Of a stretch of DNA of 64,000 nucleotides, positions 28,740-37,744 are shown piece after piece (within the stretch, counting starts at the first letter, position 1; each line of letters opens with the position of its first letter). The notes beneath the pieces were generated by a model that was not told the DNA's origin, searched no databases, and was given only the letters and a program-made list of their open reading frames with translations. A program made the position numbers and the translations under genes. This DNA comes from an uncultured Acidobacteriota bacterium (GTDB taxonomy: Bacteria; Acidobacteriota; Vicinamibacteria; Vicinamibacterales; CAVVIG01): assembly GCA_963837345.1 (NCBI GenBank), contig CAWIMX010000001.1, forward strand, positions 3,086,959 to 3,150,958, written 5' to 3'.

Positions 28740-30140
28740 ATGAAACGACTCGCCGGCGCCCTCGCCTCCGCGATCCTCGCCCTGGCTGGGATGCCGCTGG
28801 ACCAAACGTCGTCTGCGCAGCCAACGGCCGACCTCTTGAGCGAGCTCATCAGAGTCGACACGAGCAATCCCCCCGGTCACGAGCAGCAGATCGACGAGCT
28901 GCTGGCGGCGAAGCTCCGTCCGCTCGGCTTCGAGATCGAGATCGTGCCCACGCCGGAAGCCGGCAAGGCGCACCTGTTCGCCCGGCTCCGCGGCGACGGC
29001 AGCCAGCGGCCCGTGCTCCTGGCGGCCCACGCCGACGTGGTGGGCGTGGAGCGCGAGAAATGGACGGTCGATCCCTTCGCCGGTCTCGAGCGCGACGGGT
29101 ACGTCTTCGGCCGCGGTGCGATGGACTTCAAGGGGGGCATGGCCGTGTTCGCCCGCGCCGTCATGCGGCTGGCCGAGAACCACGTGCCGCTCGCGCGCGA
29201 CGTCGTCTTGCTGGTGGAAGCGGATGAAGAAAGCGCCTCCTACAACACGTCGTGGCTGGCCGAGACGCACTGGCCGGAGATGGATTGCGAGTTCGCCCTG
29301 AACGAAGGGGGCTGGATTATCCAGACCGACGACGGGCGGGTGAAGTACGTGAGCATCTCGACGGCGGACAAGTCGTCGGTGCGCGTCCTGATCACGGCGC
29401 ATGGCACGTCGACACATTCGTCGATGCCGCGAGCCGACAGCGCCATTTTCACGCTGTCGAAGGCGATGGCGAAGCTCGCGGACTACGAGACGCCCCTCGA
29501 TCTGGTCCCCGAGACGCGCCAGTTCCTGGCCACCCTGGCGCGGACGACCGAGGGCCCCCTCGCCGCCGACTTCAGAACCCTCGCCACCTCCAGCGATCCG
29601 GCGGCGCTCGCGGCGGCCGATCGCGCGGTCAGCGTCGATCCGTTGATGCATGCGCTCATTCGCAACACGCTCGCGCCGGTACTGATGGACGCGGGCTTCC
29701 GCAGCAACGTCATTCCGGGCTCCGCCGACGCGACGGTGAATGCGCGGCTCGTGCCGGGCGCCGATCCCAACGAGATTGTCGCGGCGATCCGGCGCGTCGT
29801 CGACGATCCGCGAGTGGACGTTCGGCTGGCGACGCCCTCGAACGGGCCGTCGCCGATCCAGCCCTCGCCTGTCGGCACCGACCTGTACCGCGCGCTCGAG
29901 CGGCACGCGCACGACGTCTTCCCCGGCGTCGAGGTGACGCCCTACGTGTTTCAGGCGGGAACCGACGCGGGCGCGTGGCGCTCACGCGGCGTGCCGGTGT
30001 ACGGCATCTACCCGTACCCGATCACCGCAGACGATCTCACCCGGATGCATGGCAACGACGAGCGGGTGGCCATTCAGTCGCTCGAGCAGGGAACGGAGTG
30101 GGTCTACCGGACGCTCGTCGACGTCGCCGGGAGGAAATAG
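28740..30140 (+). CDS. M20/M25/M40 family metallopeptidase, secreted
   Basis: 466 aa with a signal peptide. LIRVDTSNPPGHE, LLAAHADVV and EADEE metal-site motifs. TAGAAT lies 8 nt upstream of the ATG. Confidence 0.88.
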   Translation: MKRLAGALASAILALAGMPLDQTSSAQPTADLLSELIRVDTSNPPGHEQQIDELLAAKLRPLGFEIEIVPTPEAGKAHLFARLRGDGSQRPVLLAAHADVVGVEREKWTVDPFAGLERDGYVFGRGAMDFKGGMAVFARAVMRLAENHVPLARDVVLLVEADEESASYNTSWLAETHWPEMDCEFALNEGGWIIQTDDGRVKYVSISTADKSSVRVLITAHGTSTHSSMPRADSAIFTLSKAMAKLADYETPLDLVPETRQFLATLARTTEGPLAADFRTLATSSDPAALAAADRAVSVDPLMHALIRNTLAPVLMDAGFRSNVIPGSADATVNARLVPGADPNEIVAAIRRVVDDPRVDVRLATPSNGPSPIQPSPVGTDLYRALERHAHDVFPGVEVTPYVFQAGTDAGAWRSRGVPVYGIYPYPITADDLTRMHGNDERVAIQSLEQGTEWVYRTLVDVAGRK

Positions 30141-30167
30141 AAGGATGGAACAATGGCGCGATGGAAA

Positions 30168-30190
30168 GATGGGACGAAGGACGTCCCATC
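30168..30190. terminator. hairpin between convergent genes, embedded in an 8-nt periodic ATGG/CCAT repeat
   Basis: GATGGGACG-AAGGA-CGTCCCATC (9-bp stem). ATGG occurs at 30145, 30153, 30161 and 30169; CCAT at 30186 and 30194. Confidence 0.5.
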
Positions 30191-30203
30191 GTCCCATTCA
30201 CGA

Positions 30204-30743
30204 TTACAGGATCTGAAACACCCGGTACGACACTCGCTGCGGAATGGTGAAGCTCACCCCAACGGCGGCGATGTGGTTCAGCCAGTCGTACTTGGGCGAC
30301 GCGGTCTCGAAGACCGGCTGCACGCGCCAGTAGGTGTCGCCGCCGGCGGGCCGGTGCACGACCCCTCGATACCAGCAGTAGATCGGCTGGTCGTCGTCTG
30401 TCACGAGCAGCGTGCGAACGTCGAGCACCGTCAACGCGTCTGACACGCGCGTCGTCCAGTCGGCGCCGGGCCCGAGCACCGTGCCCTTGAGCTTCGGCCC
30501 TTCGAACGACCCGCCGGTGACGCTGACGATGCGGCGGCTGCCGAGTGTGGCGGCCGTGCTCGTCTCGAGAATCAGATCCATCAGGAACTCGGACTTGAGC
30601 GCGTCGGGCCGGCTGCCCGGCGCCTGCTGTGCGTCGAGGCCGAGCGTGGACAGGCCGGCGACGCTCGACAGGCCCACTGCCGCTCCGAGCGACGCGCCGG
30701 CCTTCGCGAAGTCGCGTCGGGAGACGGGATGTTCGATCGACAT
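30204..30743 (-). CDS. DUF3237 family protein with Tat signal
   Basis: 179 aa. SRRDFAKAGASLGAAVGL twin-Arg signal. GGSFEGPKLKGTVLGPGADW is typical of DUF3237. AGGAGG RBS. Confidence 0.85.
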   Translation of the reverse strand: MSIEHPVSRRDFAKAGASLGAAVGLSSVAGLSTLGLDAQQAPGSRPDALKSEFLMDLILETSTAATLGSRRIVSVTGGSFEGPKLKGTVLGPGADWTTRVSDALTVLDVRTLLVTDDDQPIYCWYRGVVHRPAGGDTYWRVQPVFETASPKYDWLNHIAAVGVSFTIPQRVSYRVFQIL

Positions 30744-30964
30744 GTGACCTCCTGTCGCAGCGTAGAATAGCGCGAAACGCTCATGCTGGTCGGCGAGCCC
30801 GGTCGCTCCGGTTTCCGTGGTGGCACCGTCGTGGATCTCGGCTGCGGCAATCTCGCAGGCCGGGCGATCTGTCGCCGGATCGGCGCGGTGCGTTGGCGCG
30901 ACGACGCGCCCCAGTCGTGTCAGCCGCCCGAGCCCTCCACCCTCGCGTCAGGCGCCGAAGACCG

Positions 30965-31663
30965 ATGAAGGCGGCCAGGCACCGCGAACGGCATCGGACC
31001 GACCGGATCGGATGGCTGCGCGCCGCGGTGCTGGGGGCCAACGACGGTCTGATCTCCACAAGCAGCCTGGTCGTGGGCGTAGCCGCTGCCGAACCGTCGA
31101 GCGCGGCGATTCTGCTCACGGCGATCGCGGGGCTCGTGGCTGGCGCGCTGTCGATGGCCGCTGGGGAATACGTGTCGGTCAGCTCGCAGGCCGATACCGA
31201 GGAGGCGGATCTGGCGCGCGAGCGCGACGAGCTCGCGACGTCGCCAGATGCCGAACGCGCGGAGCTGGCCGGCATTTACGTGACGCGTGGACTGACCCGC
31301 CACCTCGCTCGCCAGGTGGCCGACCAGATGATGGCGCACGACGCGCTCGGGGCGCATGCCAGGGACGAGCTGGGGATTCACGAGGCGACGCTGGCGCGCC
31401 CGATTCAGGCGGCCGTGGCCTCGGCGGCGTCCTTTGCGATCGGTGCAGGCCCGGTGGCGCTGCTGGCGGCCGTGCTGCCCGCGGCGTCGCTGACGCTGGG
31501 CATTGTCGGGGTGACGCTGGCGCTGCTCCTCGTCCTCGGCGGCGTCGCGGCGCGCCTGGGCGGCGCGCCGACCGCGCGCGGCGCCCTGCGCGTGGCGTTC
31601 TGGGGCGCAGTCGCCATGGCGTGCACGGCCCTCGTCGGCCGTCTGTTCGGGGCGGCGTCATAG
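30965..31663 (+). CDS. VIT1/CCC1 family Fe/Mn transporter
   Basis: 232 aa from MKAARHRERHRTDRIGWLRAAVLGANDGLISTSSLVVGVAAA. Has the SMAAGEYVSVSSQ motif. Confidence 0.9.
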   Translation: MKAARHRERHRTDRIGWLRAAVLGANDGLISTSSLVVGVAAAEPSSAAILLTAIAGLVAGALSMAAGEYVSVSSQADTEEADLARERDELATSPDAERAELAGIYVTRGLTRHLARQVADQMMAHDALGAHARDELGIHEATLARPIQAAVASAASFAIGAGPVALLAAVLPAASLTLGIVGVTLALLLVLGGVAARLGGAPTARGALRVAFWGAVAMACTALVGRLFGAAS

Positions 31664-31709
31664 GCGTCCGACGCCGTGGGCGTTCGGCGTCGGGTTGAAA
31701 GGAGACAGG

Positions 31710-32165
31710 ATGGACACGCTCCAGCTCACGCAGGTGCCGATCACCCGCGCTGGAATGCTGATTCGGCGGCCGGCCGCCGAGGTGTTCGAAGCGTTCGTGA
31801 ATCCGGAGATCACCACCAGATTCTGGTTCACCAGGGCCAGCGGACGGCTTGAAGTGGCCAAGCCGGTCCAATGGGAGTGGGAGATGTACGGCATCTCGAT
31901 TCCCGTGACCGCGACGACCATCGAGCCGGGCAGGCGCCTCGTCGTCACCTGGCCGGGATACGGCGGATCCACCACCGTGGAATGGACGTTCGAGCCGGTG
32001 ACCGATACCACGACCTTCGTCAGGATCACCGAGTCGGGTTTTGCGGGCGACGGGGACGCGCTCGTCAAACAGGTGACCGGCTCGACCCAGGGATTCACGC
32101 TGGTCCTCGCGGGTCTCAAGGCCCTTCTCGAACACAACATCCGGTTGAACCTGGTCGCGGATTGA
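31710..32165 (+). CDS. SRPBCC (AHSA1/START-like) domain protein
   Basis: 151 aa. AAGGAG RBS before ATG 31710 (the track starts at TTG 31695). [20 protein letters not shown] is typical of the family. Confidence 0.85.
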   Translation: MDTLQLTQVPITRAGMLIRRPAAEVFEAFVNPEITTRFWFTRASGRLEVAKPVQWEWEMYGISIPVTATTIEPGRRLVVTWPGYGGSTTVEWTFEPVTDTTTFVRITESGFAGDGDALVKQVTGSTQGFTLVLAGLKALLEHNIRLNLVAD

Positions 32166-32205
32166 TTTCCCGAGGGCGTCGACGAACATTGAAGCGGAGG
32201 TGAGC

Positions 32206-32740
32206 ATGGCCAAGGTGATGCCCGTCCGGATGACCGTGGACGTCGAGGGCGATTTCGTGGTGTTCCTCATCGGCATGCGCATCAACAGGTGGTGGAAAGT
32301 CCACAAGTGGCTGCCCGTGTTCCTGGCGATGCCCGGAATGCTGCGGGAGCTCGAGGGACATCCGGAGAGCGGCTTCCTTGGGTACATCGCGGGCTTCAAG
32401 ACGACTGTGCAGTACCTGGCGTTCGTTCGATCAGCTAGAGGCGTATGCCCGCAGTCAGGACGCCCGGCACTGGCCCGCGTGGGTCGCGTTCAACAAGCGC
32501 TCGGGACAGAGCCGCGGCGACGTCGGGATCTGGCACGAGACGTATCGGGTTCGCGCCGGCGAATACGAAGCCGTGTACAGCGGGATGCCGCCACACGGCC
32601 TCGGCACCGTCGGTGTTCTCGCTCCGGCGAGCGGCGCGCGCGACTCGGCGCGAGGCCGGCTGACGGGTCGCGCCCAAGCGGGCGAGCCCGTCGCGGCGGG
32701 AAGCCGCCAGAAGACGCCCGACGCGTCTGGCGCGCGATGA
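32206..32740 (+). pseudogene. DUF4188 domain protein, frame broken by an extra C at 32415/32416
   Basis: [38 protein letters not shown]...TTVQY continues as [28 protein letters not shown]...GIWHETYRV only in the +1 frame (TAC-C-TGG). The span is 535 nt (3n+1). Its stop overlaps the next ATG (ATGA). Confidence 0.85.
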
Positions 32741-33420
32741 TCGAAGCCGTTCTGTTCGATCTCTTCGAAACGCTGATCACCGAGCGGCACGTCGGGCCGA
32801 CGCGCGCGTCGTCGCTCGGTCCGGTGCTCGGCCTCGAAGACGCGCGCTATCGTGCGGAATGGAGAGCGCTGCGCCCGCGCATCGTGGTTGGCGAGCGGAC
32901 CTTCGTCGACGTGTTGACCAGCATCTCGCGCCAGCTGGCGGGGCGCGCCGACGTGGCCGCCGTGCAGCAGATTGGCCGGCAGCGCCAACGCGAGAAGGCG
33001 CGCGCGTATGCCGCCATCGACCCGGACGTCTCGACGCTCGTTGACACCCTCGTCGCCAGAGGGCTGCGGCTCGGCGTCGTGAGCAATGGATTCGCCGACG
33101 ATGTGCGCCCGTGGCGGGGATGCTCGCTCGCGCCGTCTTTCTGCTGCACGGCCTTCTCGTGCGAGGAAGGCGTGGCCAAACCGGATCCCGAGATCTATCG
33201 GCGCGCCGTCCGCCGGCTGCGCGTCCGCCCGGAAGCCGCCATTTACATCGGCGACGGCGGCGACGACGAGCTCGCGGGCGCCGAGCGAGCCGGGCTCCGA
33301 GCCTACCGAGCGGCATGGTTCGCACCGGCATCGCGCCGGGCGGAGCGCCGGCCGCGGTTGACAGGCTGTCGGGACGTGCTGACACTCGTGGAGGAGCGCG
33401 ACGGGATTGCTGACCGCTGA
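32737..33420 (+). CDS. HAD superfamily hydrolase (haloacid dehalogenase-like subfamily)
   Basis: 227 aa from [28 protein letters not shown] and IGDGGDDEL motifs. Confidence 0.85.
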   Translation: MIEAVLFDLFETLITERHVGPTRASSLGPVLGLEDARYRAEWRALRPRIVVGERTFVDVLTSISRQLAGRADVAAVQQIGRQRQREKARAYAAIDPDVSTLVDTLVARGLRLGVVSNGFADDVRPWRGCSLAPSFCCTAFSCEEGVAKPDPEIYRRAVRRLRVRPEAAIYIGDGGDDELAGAERAGLRAYRAAWFAPASRRAERRPRLTGCRDVLTLVEERDGIADR

Positions 33421-33421
33421 C

Positions 33422-33901
33422 ATGAAGCGCGTGGTCGAGGAGCAGCGCCTGGGCTTCGTCGCCACGGTGTGCCCCGACGGCACCCCGAATCTGTCCCCCA
33501 AGGGCACGACGGCCGTGTGGGATGACACCCACCTGGTGTTCGCCAATATCCGATCGCCAGGCACGATCGCGAATCTCCTTCGGAATCCCGCCATCGAGGT
33601 GAACGTCGTCGACCCGTTCGCGAGGCGGGGATACCGGTTCAAGGGCGTGGCCTCGGTTCTCGAGTCCGGGCCGCTGTACGACAAGGCCCTGGCGTTCTAC
33701 GAGGCCCGGGGATCGCGGGTGAGCGCCATCCGCGAAATCGTGCTGGTGCGCGTCGCGCGTGCGCAGCCGCTCGATTCGCCGGCCTACGACGTCGGCCTGA
33801 CCGAAGCCGAGGTCCGCGCGCGCTGGGAGCGCCATTTCGACGCGCTGCGCGCCGGTCGTCCGCTCGCTCGCGTGCTACGCTCCCCCGACCTGGAGGAGTA
33901 G
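33422..33901 (+). CDS. pyridoxamine 5'-phosphate oxidase-like FMN-binding split-barrel protein
   Basis: MKRVVEEQRLGFVATVCPDGTPNLSPKG. An alternative TTG start lies at 33407. Confidence 0.82.
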   Translation: MKRVVEEQRLGFVATVCPDGTPNLSPKGTTAVWDDTHLVFANIRSPGTIANLLRNPAIEVNVVDPFARRGYRFKGVASVLESGPLYDKALAFYEARGSRVSAIREIVLVRVARAQPLDSPAYDVGLTEAEVRARWERHFDALRAGRPLARVLRSPDLEE

Positions 33902-35325
33902 TGCCCGCCACGCCCGAGCGTCCCGGCATCGTCGCCCGAGCGGCCATCGCGCTGACCGCGTGGACGGAGCGGTGGGTGCCCGACGCGTTCATCTTTGCGC
34001 TGATGGCCACGGTGATCGTGGTTGTGGCGGGCGTGGCCGTGACGCCGTCGAGCATCGGGCAGGTGATCGACGCCTGGGGCGGCGGCTTCTGGGAGCTGAT
34101 TCCCTTCACGCTCCAGATGTCACTGGTGATCATCACGGGCCACGTGCTGGCCACGTCTCCGCCGATGGGGCGACTGATCCGCACCGTGGCGGGCTGGCCG
34201 CGGTCGCCCCGGGCCGCCGTGGCCCTCGTCACGGTCTTCGCGCTCGCCAGTTCGTGGATCAACTGGGGGTTCAGCCTGATCTTCAGCGCCGTGCTGGCGC
34301 GCGAAATGGCACGGCGCGTCGCGCGCGTGGATTATCGCGCGCTGGCAGCCGCCAGCTTTCTCGGGCTCGGCAGCATCTGGGCGCAGGGATTGAGCGGATC
34401 GGCGGCGCTGCAGATGGCGACGGCCGGTGCGCTCCCGCCGCAGATTCGCGACATCGTCGCGGGCGGAGGCGCGGTGCCGGGCGGCATCATCTCGTTCGGC
34501 CACACGATTTTCCTCTGGCAGAGTCTGGCGTCGGTCGCCATCGAGGTGGTCCTCGTCACGCTCGTGATGTGGCTGGCGACGCCGCCCGCCGATCGCGCGC
34601 GGACCGCCGCGGACCTGGGCATCGCCCTCGGCGCCGACGAGGGGGCGCCGCCCCCGATGCCCGGACGGGTTGCGCCGGGCGCGCGGCTCGAGCACTCGCC
34701 GCTCCTCACGTGGCTGATCGTGGCGCTCGGCGGCGCGTATCTCGTGCGGTATTTCATGGCGGCCGGCGAGCCCTTGAACGCGCTCAATCTCAACATCGTC
34801 AACCTCGGATTCCTGTTGATCGGCTTCGGGCTCCATCGCACGCCCGCGCGCCTCATGCACGCCGTCCAGGCGGCGACGCCGGCAGTCTGGGGGGTCATCC
34901 TGCAGTTTCCGTTCTACGCCGGCATCGCCGGGATCATCACCGCCACGCATCTCAACGATCGCCTGGCGGACGTGTTTGTCCATGTGTCCACGCACGCGAC
35001 GTTTCCGCCGCTCGTCGCCCTCTATTCCGCCATGCTCGGCGTGTTCGTGCCCTCTGGCGGATCCAAGTGGGTGATCGAGGCGCCCTACGTGATGGCGGCG
35101 GCCCACGGCTTGCGCGTCCATCTGGGATGGGTCGTGGCGGCCTACGATCTCGGCGAGGCGCTCGCCAACCTTCTGCAGCCCTTCTGGATGCTCCCCATGC
35201 TCGGGATCTTCGGGCTGCGGGCGCGCGACGTGATGGGCTATACGTTCGTCGTGTTCCTCGCGCTGATGCCGGCGGTGCTGCTCCTCGTATTCCTGTTCGG
35301 CCTCACGCTGCCCTACCCGTTGTAA
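33901..35325 (+). CDS. atoE: short-chain fatty acid transporter (AtoE family)
   Basis: 474 aa, GTG start overlapping the previous stop. WVPDAFIFALMATVIVV, LQMSLVIITGHVLA, QFPFYAGI and PSGGSKWVIEAP are colinear with E. coli AtoE. Confidence 0.9.
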   Translation: MPATPERPGIVARAAIALTAWTERWVPDAFIFALMATVIVVVAGVAVTPSSIGQVIDAWGGGFWELIPFTLQMSLVIITGHVLATSPPMGRLIRTVAGWPRSPRAAVALVTVFALASSWINWGFSLIFSAVLAREMARRVARVDYRALAAASFLGLGSIWAQGLSGSAALQMATAGALPPQIRDIVAGGGAVPGGIISFGHTIFLWQSLASVAIEVVLVTLVMWLATPPADRARTAADLGIALGADEGAPPPMPGRVAPGARLEHSPLLTWLIVALGGAYLVRYFMAAGEPLNALNLNIVNLGFLLIGFGLHRTPARLMHAVQAATPAVWGVILQFPFYAGIAGIITATHLNDRLADVFVHVSTHATFPPLVALYSAMLGVFVPSGGSKWVIEAPYVMAAAHGLRVHLGWVVAAYDLGEALANLLQPFWMLPMLGIFGLRARDVMGYTFVVFLALMPAVLLLVFLFGLTLPYPL

Positions 35326-35397
35326 GGGACAGGAGGCTCCCGGAATCGCCGGTCGTGAGGGACGGCTTGCGGAGGACGAGCGGGTAAGATAGGGCCG

Positions 35398-37698
35398 ATG
35401 CATTTGCCGAGAAGATCTCGATTATTGTCTTCGTTTGTCTTCCTTTTTTCTGTTCTCGCCCTCGTCCTTGTCGCTCCCGCATCGTCGGTCGCTCAAGGGC
35501 GTCCCGCAAACCGTGCGAGCGTGAACCCGCCGCCGCCGATGCCACCCGCCACGATCGCGCGCGACGATCAGGGCCATGCCACGGTGCGCGCGATCCATCT
35601 CGACCAGCCCTTGCGTGTGGATGGCCGGCTGGACGAGGCGGTGTATCAGACGGTGCCGCCGGTCAGCGATTTCATCCAGACCGTGCCGCGCGAAGGCCAG
35701 CCGGCGTCCGAAAAGACCGACGCCTGGGTGATGTTCGACGCCGACAATCTCTATCTGTCGTGCCGCTGCTGGGATTCGGCGCCGCCCGATCAGTGGACCG
35801 CCAATGAGATGCGGCGCGACACGAACCAGCTCAGAAACAACGACATCTTCGGCGCGCTCTTCGACACGTTCCACGACAAGCGAAACGGCTTCAACTTCTA
35901 CACGAATCCGCTGGGTGGCCGCGCCGATCAGATTGTGACCGACGAGGGGAACCCGAACACCGACTGGAATCCGGTGTGGTTCGTGCGGACCGGGCGGTTC
36001 GAGGGCGGCTGGACCGTCGAGATGGCCATTCCATTCAAGTCGCTCCGCTATCAATCGGGCACGAACCAGACCTGGGGCATCCAGATCCGCCGCGCGATTC
36101 GCCGGAAGAACGAATGGACGCATCTCACCTTCGTGCCCGCCTCGACGGGCGGCTCCACCAGCATCTTCCGGGTGTCGGCGGCCGCCGATCTCGTCGGCCT
36201 CGACCTGCCGCCGGCCAGCAAGAACATCGAGCTCAAGCCGTACGCCATTTCGAGCGTCACGACCGACCGGACGCGCGCGCTGTCGAACGATCCCGACGGG
36301 TCGGCCGGGCTCGACTTCAAGTACGGCGTCACGGCCAATCTCACGGCCGACGTCACGCTCAACACCGACTTCGCCCAGGTCGAGGTGGACGAGCAGCAGG
36401 TGAACCTGACCCGCTTCAGCCTGTCGTATCCCGAGAAGCGCGACTTCTTTCTCGAAGGCCGGGGGCTGTTCGATTTCGGGCGGGCCAGCGGCGCCGGCGG
36501 CGGCGGGAGCAGCGCCGCCACGCCGACGTTGTTCTACAGCCGCCGGATCGGGTTGAACGCCGGTCGCATCGTCCCCATCGACGTCGGGACCCGCCTCACC
36601 GGCAAGAGCGGGCGGTTCGGGATCGGTATGATGAACATCGAAACCGGCGACGATGCGATCTCGGGCACGCCGTCCACCAATTTCACGGTGGTCCGTCTGA
36701 AGCGCGACATCCTGCGCCGCAGCAACATCGGCCTGCTGTTCACGAACCGCTCGCAGTCGGTGGCCGCCCCCGGCTCGAATCAGGTCTACGGCTTCGATTC
36801 GAATTTCAACTTCTACCAGAACGTCAGCGCCGGCGCCTTCTACGCCAAGACCGACACGCCGGGTCTCGCGGGCGACGATGCGAGCTATCAGGGACGATTC
36901 GACTACGGCGCCGACCGCTATGGCGCGCGGGCCGAGTACCTGGTCGTCGGAGACCATTTCAATCCGGAAGTCGGACTGGTACGCCGCGACAATTTCAAAC
37001 GCAGCTTCGGCGAGCTGCGATTCAGTCCGCGCCCGCGCTCGATCCGCGCCGTCCGTCAGTTCACCTGGACCGCCAATTTCGAATACATCGAGAACGGCGC
37101 GGGTCAGCTGGAAACGCGCACCGCGCAGGGGCATTTCGGCACCGAGTTCGAGAACAGCGACGTGTTGGCCGTGGACGTCACCCGCGACTACGAATTTCTG
37201 CCCTCGCCCTTCAGGATTGCGTCGGACGTCACGATTCCCGTCGGCGGGTATCAGTTCAGCGACGTGCAGCTGTCCTACTCGATGGGGCAGCAGCGGCGGC
37301 TGTCGGGCAAGGTCTTCGTGCAGCGCGGGAACTTCTACGATGGCACCATCACCGCCTACGGATTCACCGGCGCGCGGCTGGCCGTGCTCGACCAGTGGTC
37401 CGTGGAGCCCAGCATCTCGATCAACGACGTGAGCCTCGAAGAGGGCGACTTCACGACCCAGCTCTACCGGGTTCGCTCCGACTACGCCTTTTCGCCCTTG
37501 ATGTTTGCGAGTGCGCTCCTGCAGTACAGCGCGACCGACCACACGTTCGGCAGCAACCTGCGGTTCCGATGGGAGTATCGGCCTGGCAGCGAGCTGTTCG
37601 TCGTCTACACCGACGAGCACGACACGGCAGCCCGTGGGGCGCCCGGACTGCGCAACCGCGCGGTCGTGTTCAAGATCAACCGGCTGCTGCGCTTCTGA
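35398..37698 (+). CDS. DUF5916 / carbohydrate-binding-family-9-like outer-membrane protein
   Basis: 766 aa with a signal peptide. RVDGRLDEAVYQ, NEMRRDT, FDTFHDKRNGFNFYTNP, FAQVEVDEQQVNLTRF and a C-terminal ...FKINRLLRF beta-barrel terminus. TAAGAT lies 7 nt upstream of the ATG. Confidence 0.88.
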   Translation: MHLPRRSRLLSSFVFLFSVLALVLVAPASSVAQGRPANRASVNPPPPMPPATIARDDQGHATVRAIHLDQPLRVDGRLDEAVYQTVPPVSDFIQTVPREGQPASEKTDAWVMFDADNLYLSCRCWDSAPPDQWTANEMRRDTNQLRNNDIFGALFDTFHDKRNGFNFYTNPLGGRADQIVTDEGNPNTDWNPVWFVRTGRFEGGWTVEMAIPFKSLRYQSGTNQTWGIQIRRAIRRKNEWTHLTFVPASTGGSTSIFRVSAAADLVGLDLPPASKNIELKPYAISSVTTDRTRALSNDPDGSAGLDFKYGVTANLTADVTLNTDFAQVEVDEQQVNLTRFSLSYPEKRDFFLEGRGLFDFGRASGAGGGGSSAATPTLFYSRRIGLNAGRIVPIDVGTRLTGKSGRFGIGMMNIETGDDAISGTPSTNFTVVRLKRDILRRSNIGLLFTNRSQSVAAPGSNQVYGFDSNFNFYQNVSAGAFYAKTDTPGLAGDDASYQGRFDYGADRYGARAEYLVVGDHFNPEVGLVRRDNFKRSFGELRFSPRPRSIRAVRQFTWTANFEYIENGAGQLETRTAQGHFGTEFENSDVLAVDVTRDYEFLPSPFRIASDVTIPVGGYQFSDVQLSYSMGQQRRLSGKVFVQRGNFYDGTITAYGFTGARLAVLDQWSVEPSISINDVSLEEGDFTTQLYRVRSDYAFSPLMFASALLQYSATDHTFGSNLRFRWEYRPGSELFVVYTDEHDTAARGAPGLRNRAVVFKINRLLRF

Positions 37699-37744
37699 GG
37701 CCTGTCAGATGCCACCCCGACGACACGACGGCCCGACGCCCGTC

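Noticed and set aside
25972-28824. Long antisense ORFs opposite real genes (for example 25972-28824 minus, 5219-7609 plus, 35422-37620 minus, 22506-24362 minus, 59097-60692 minus)
   Set aside because: They mirror well-supported genes on the other strand, are rich in Arg, Gly, Pro, His and Asp, and have no recognisable motifs. This is the typical GC-rich antisense artefact.
30744-30964. Possible Mn/Fe riboswitch (yybP-ykoY-like) in the long 5' region of the VIT transporter
   Set aside because: I could not recognise the conserved core or a four-way junction pattern by eye. Only a small GGCGCG-ACGA-CGCGCC hairpin is present. This needs an Infernal scan before any claim.
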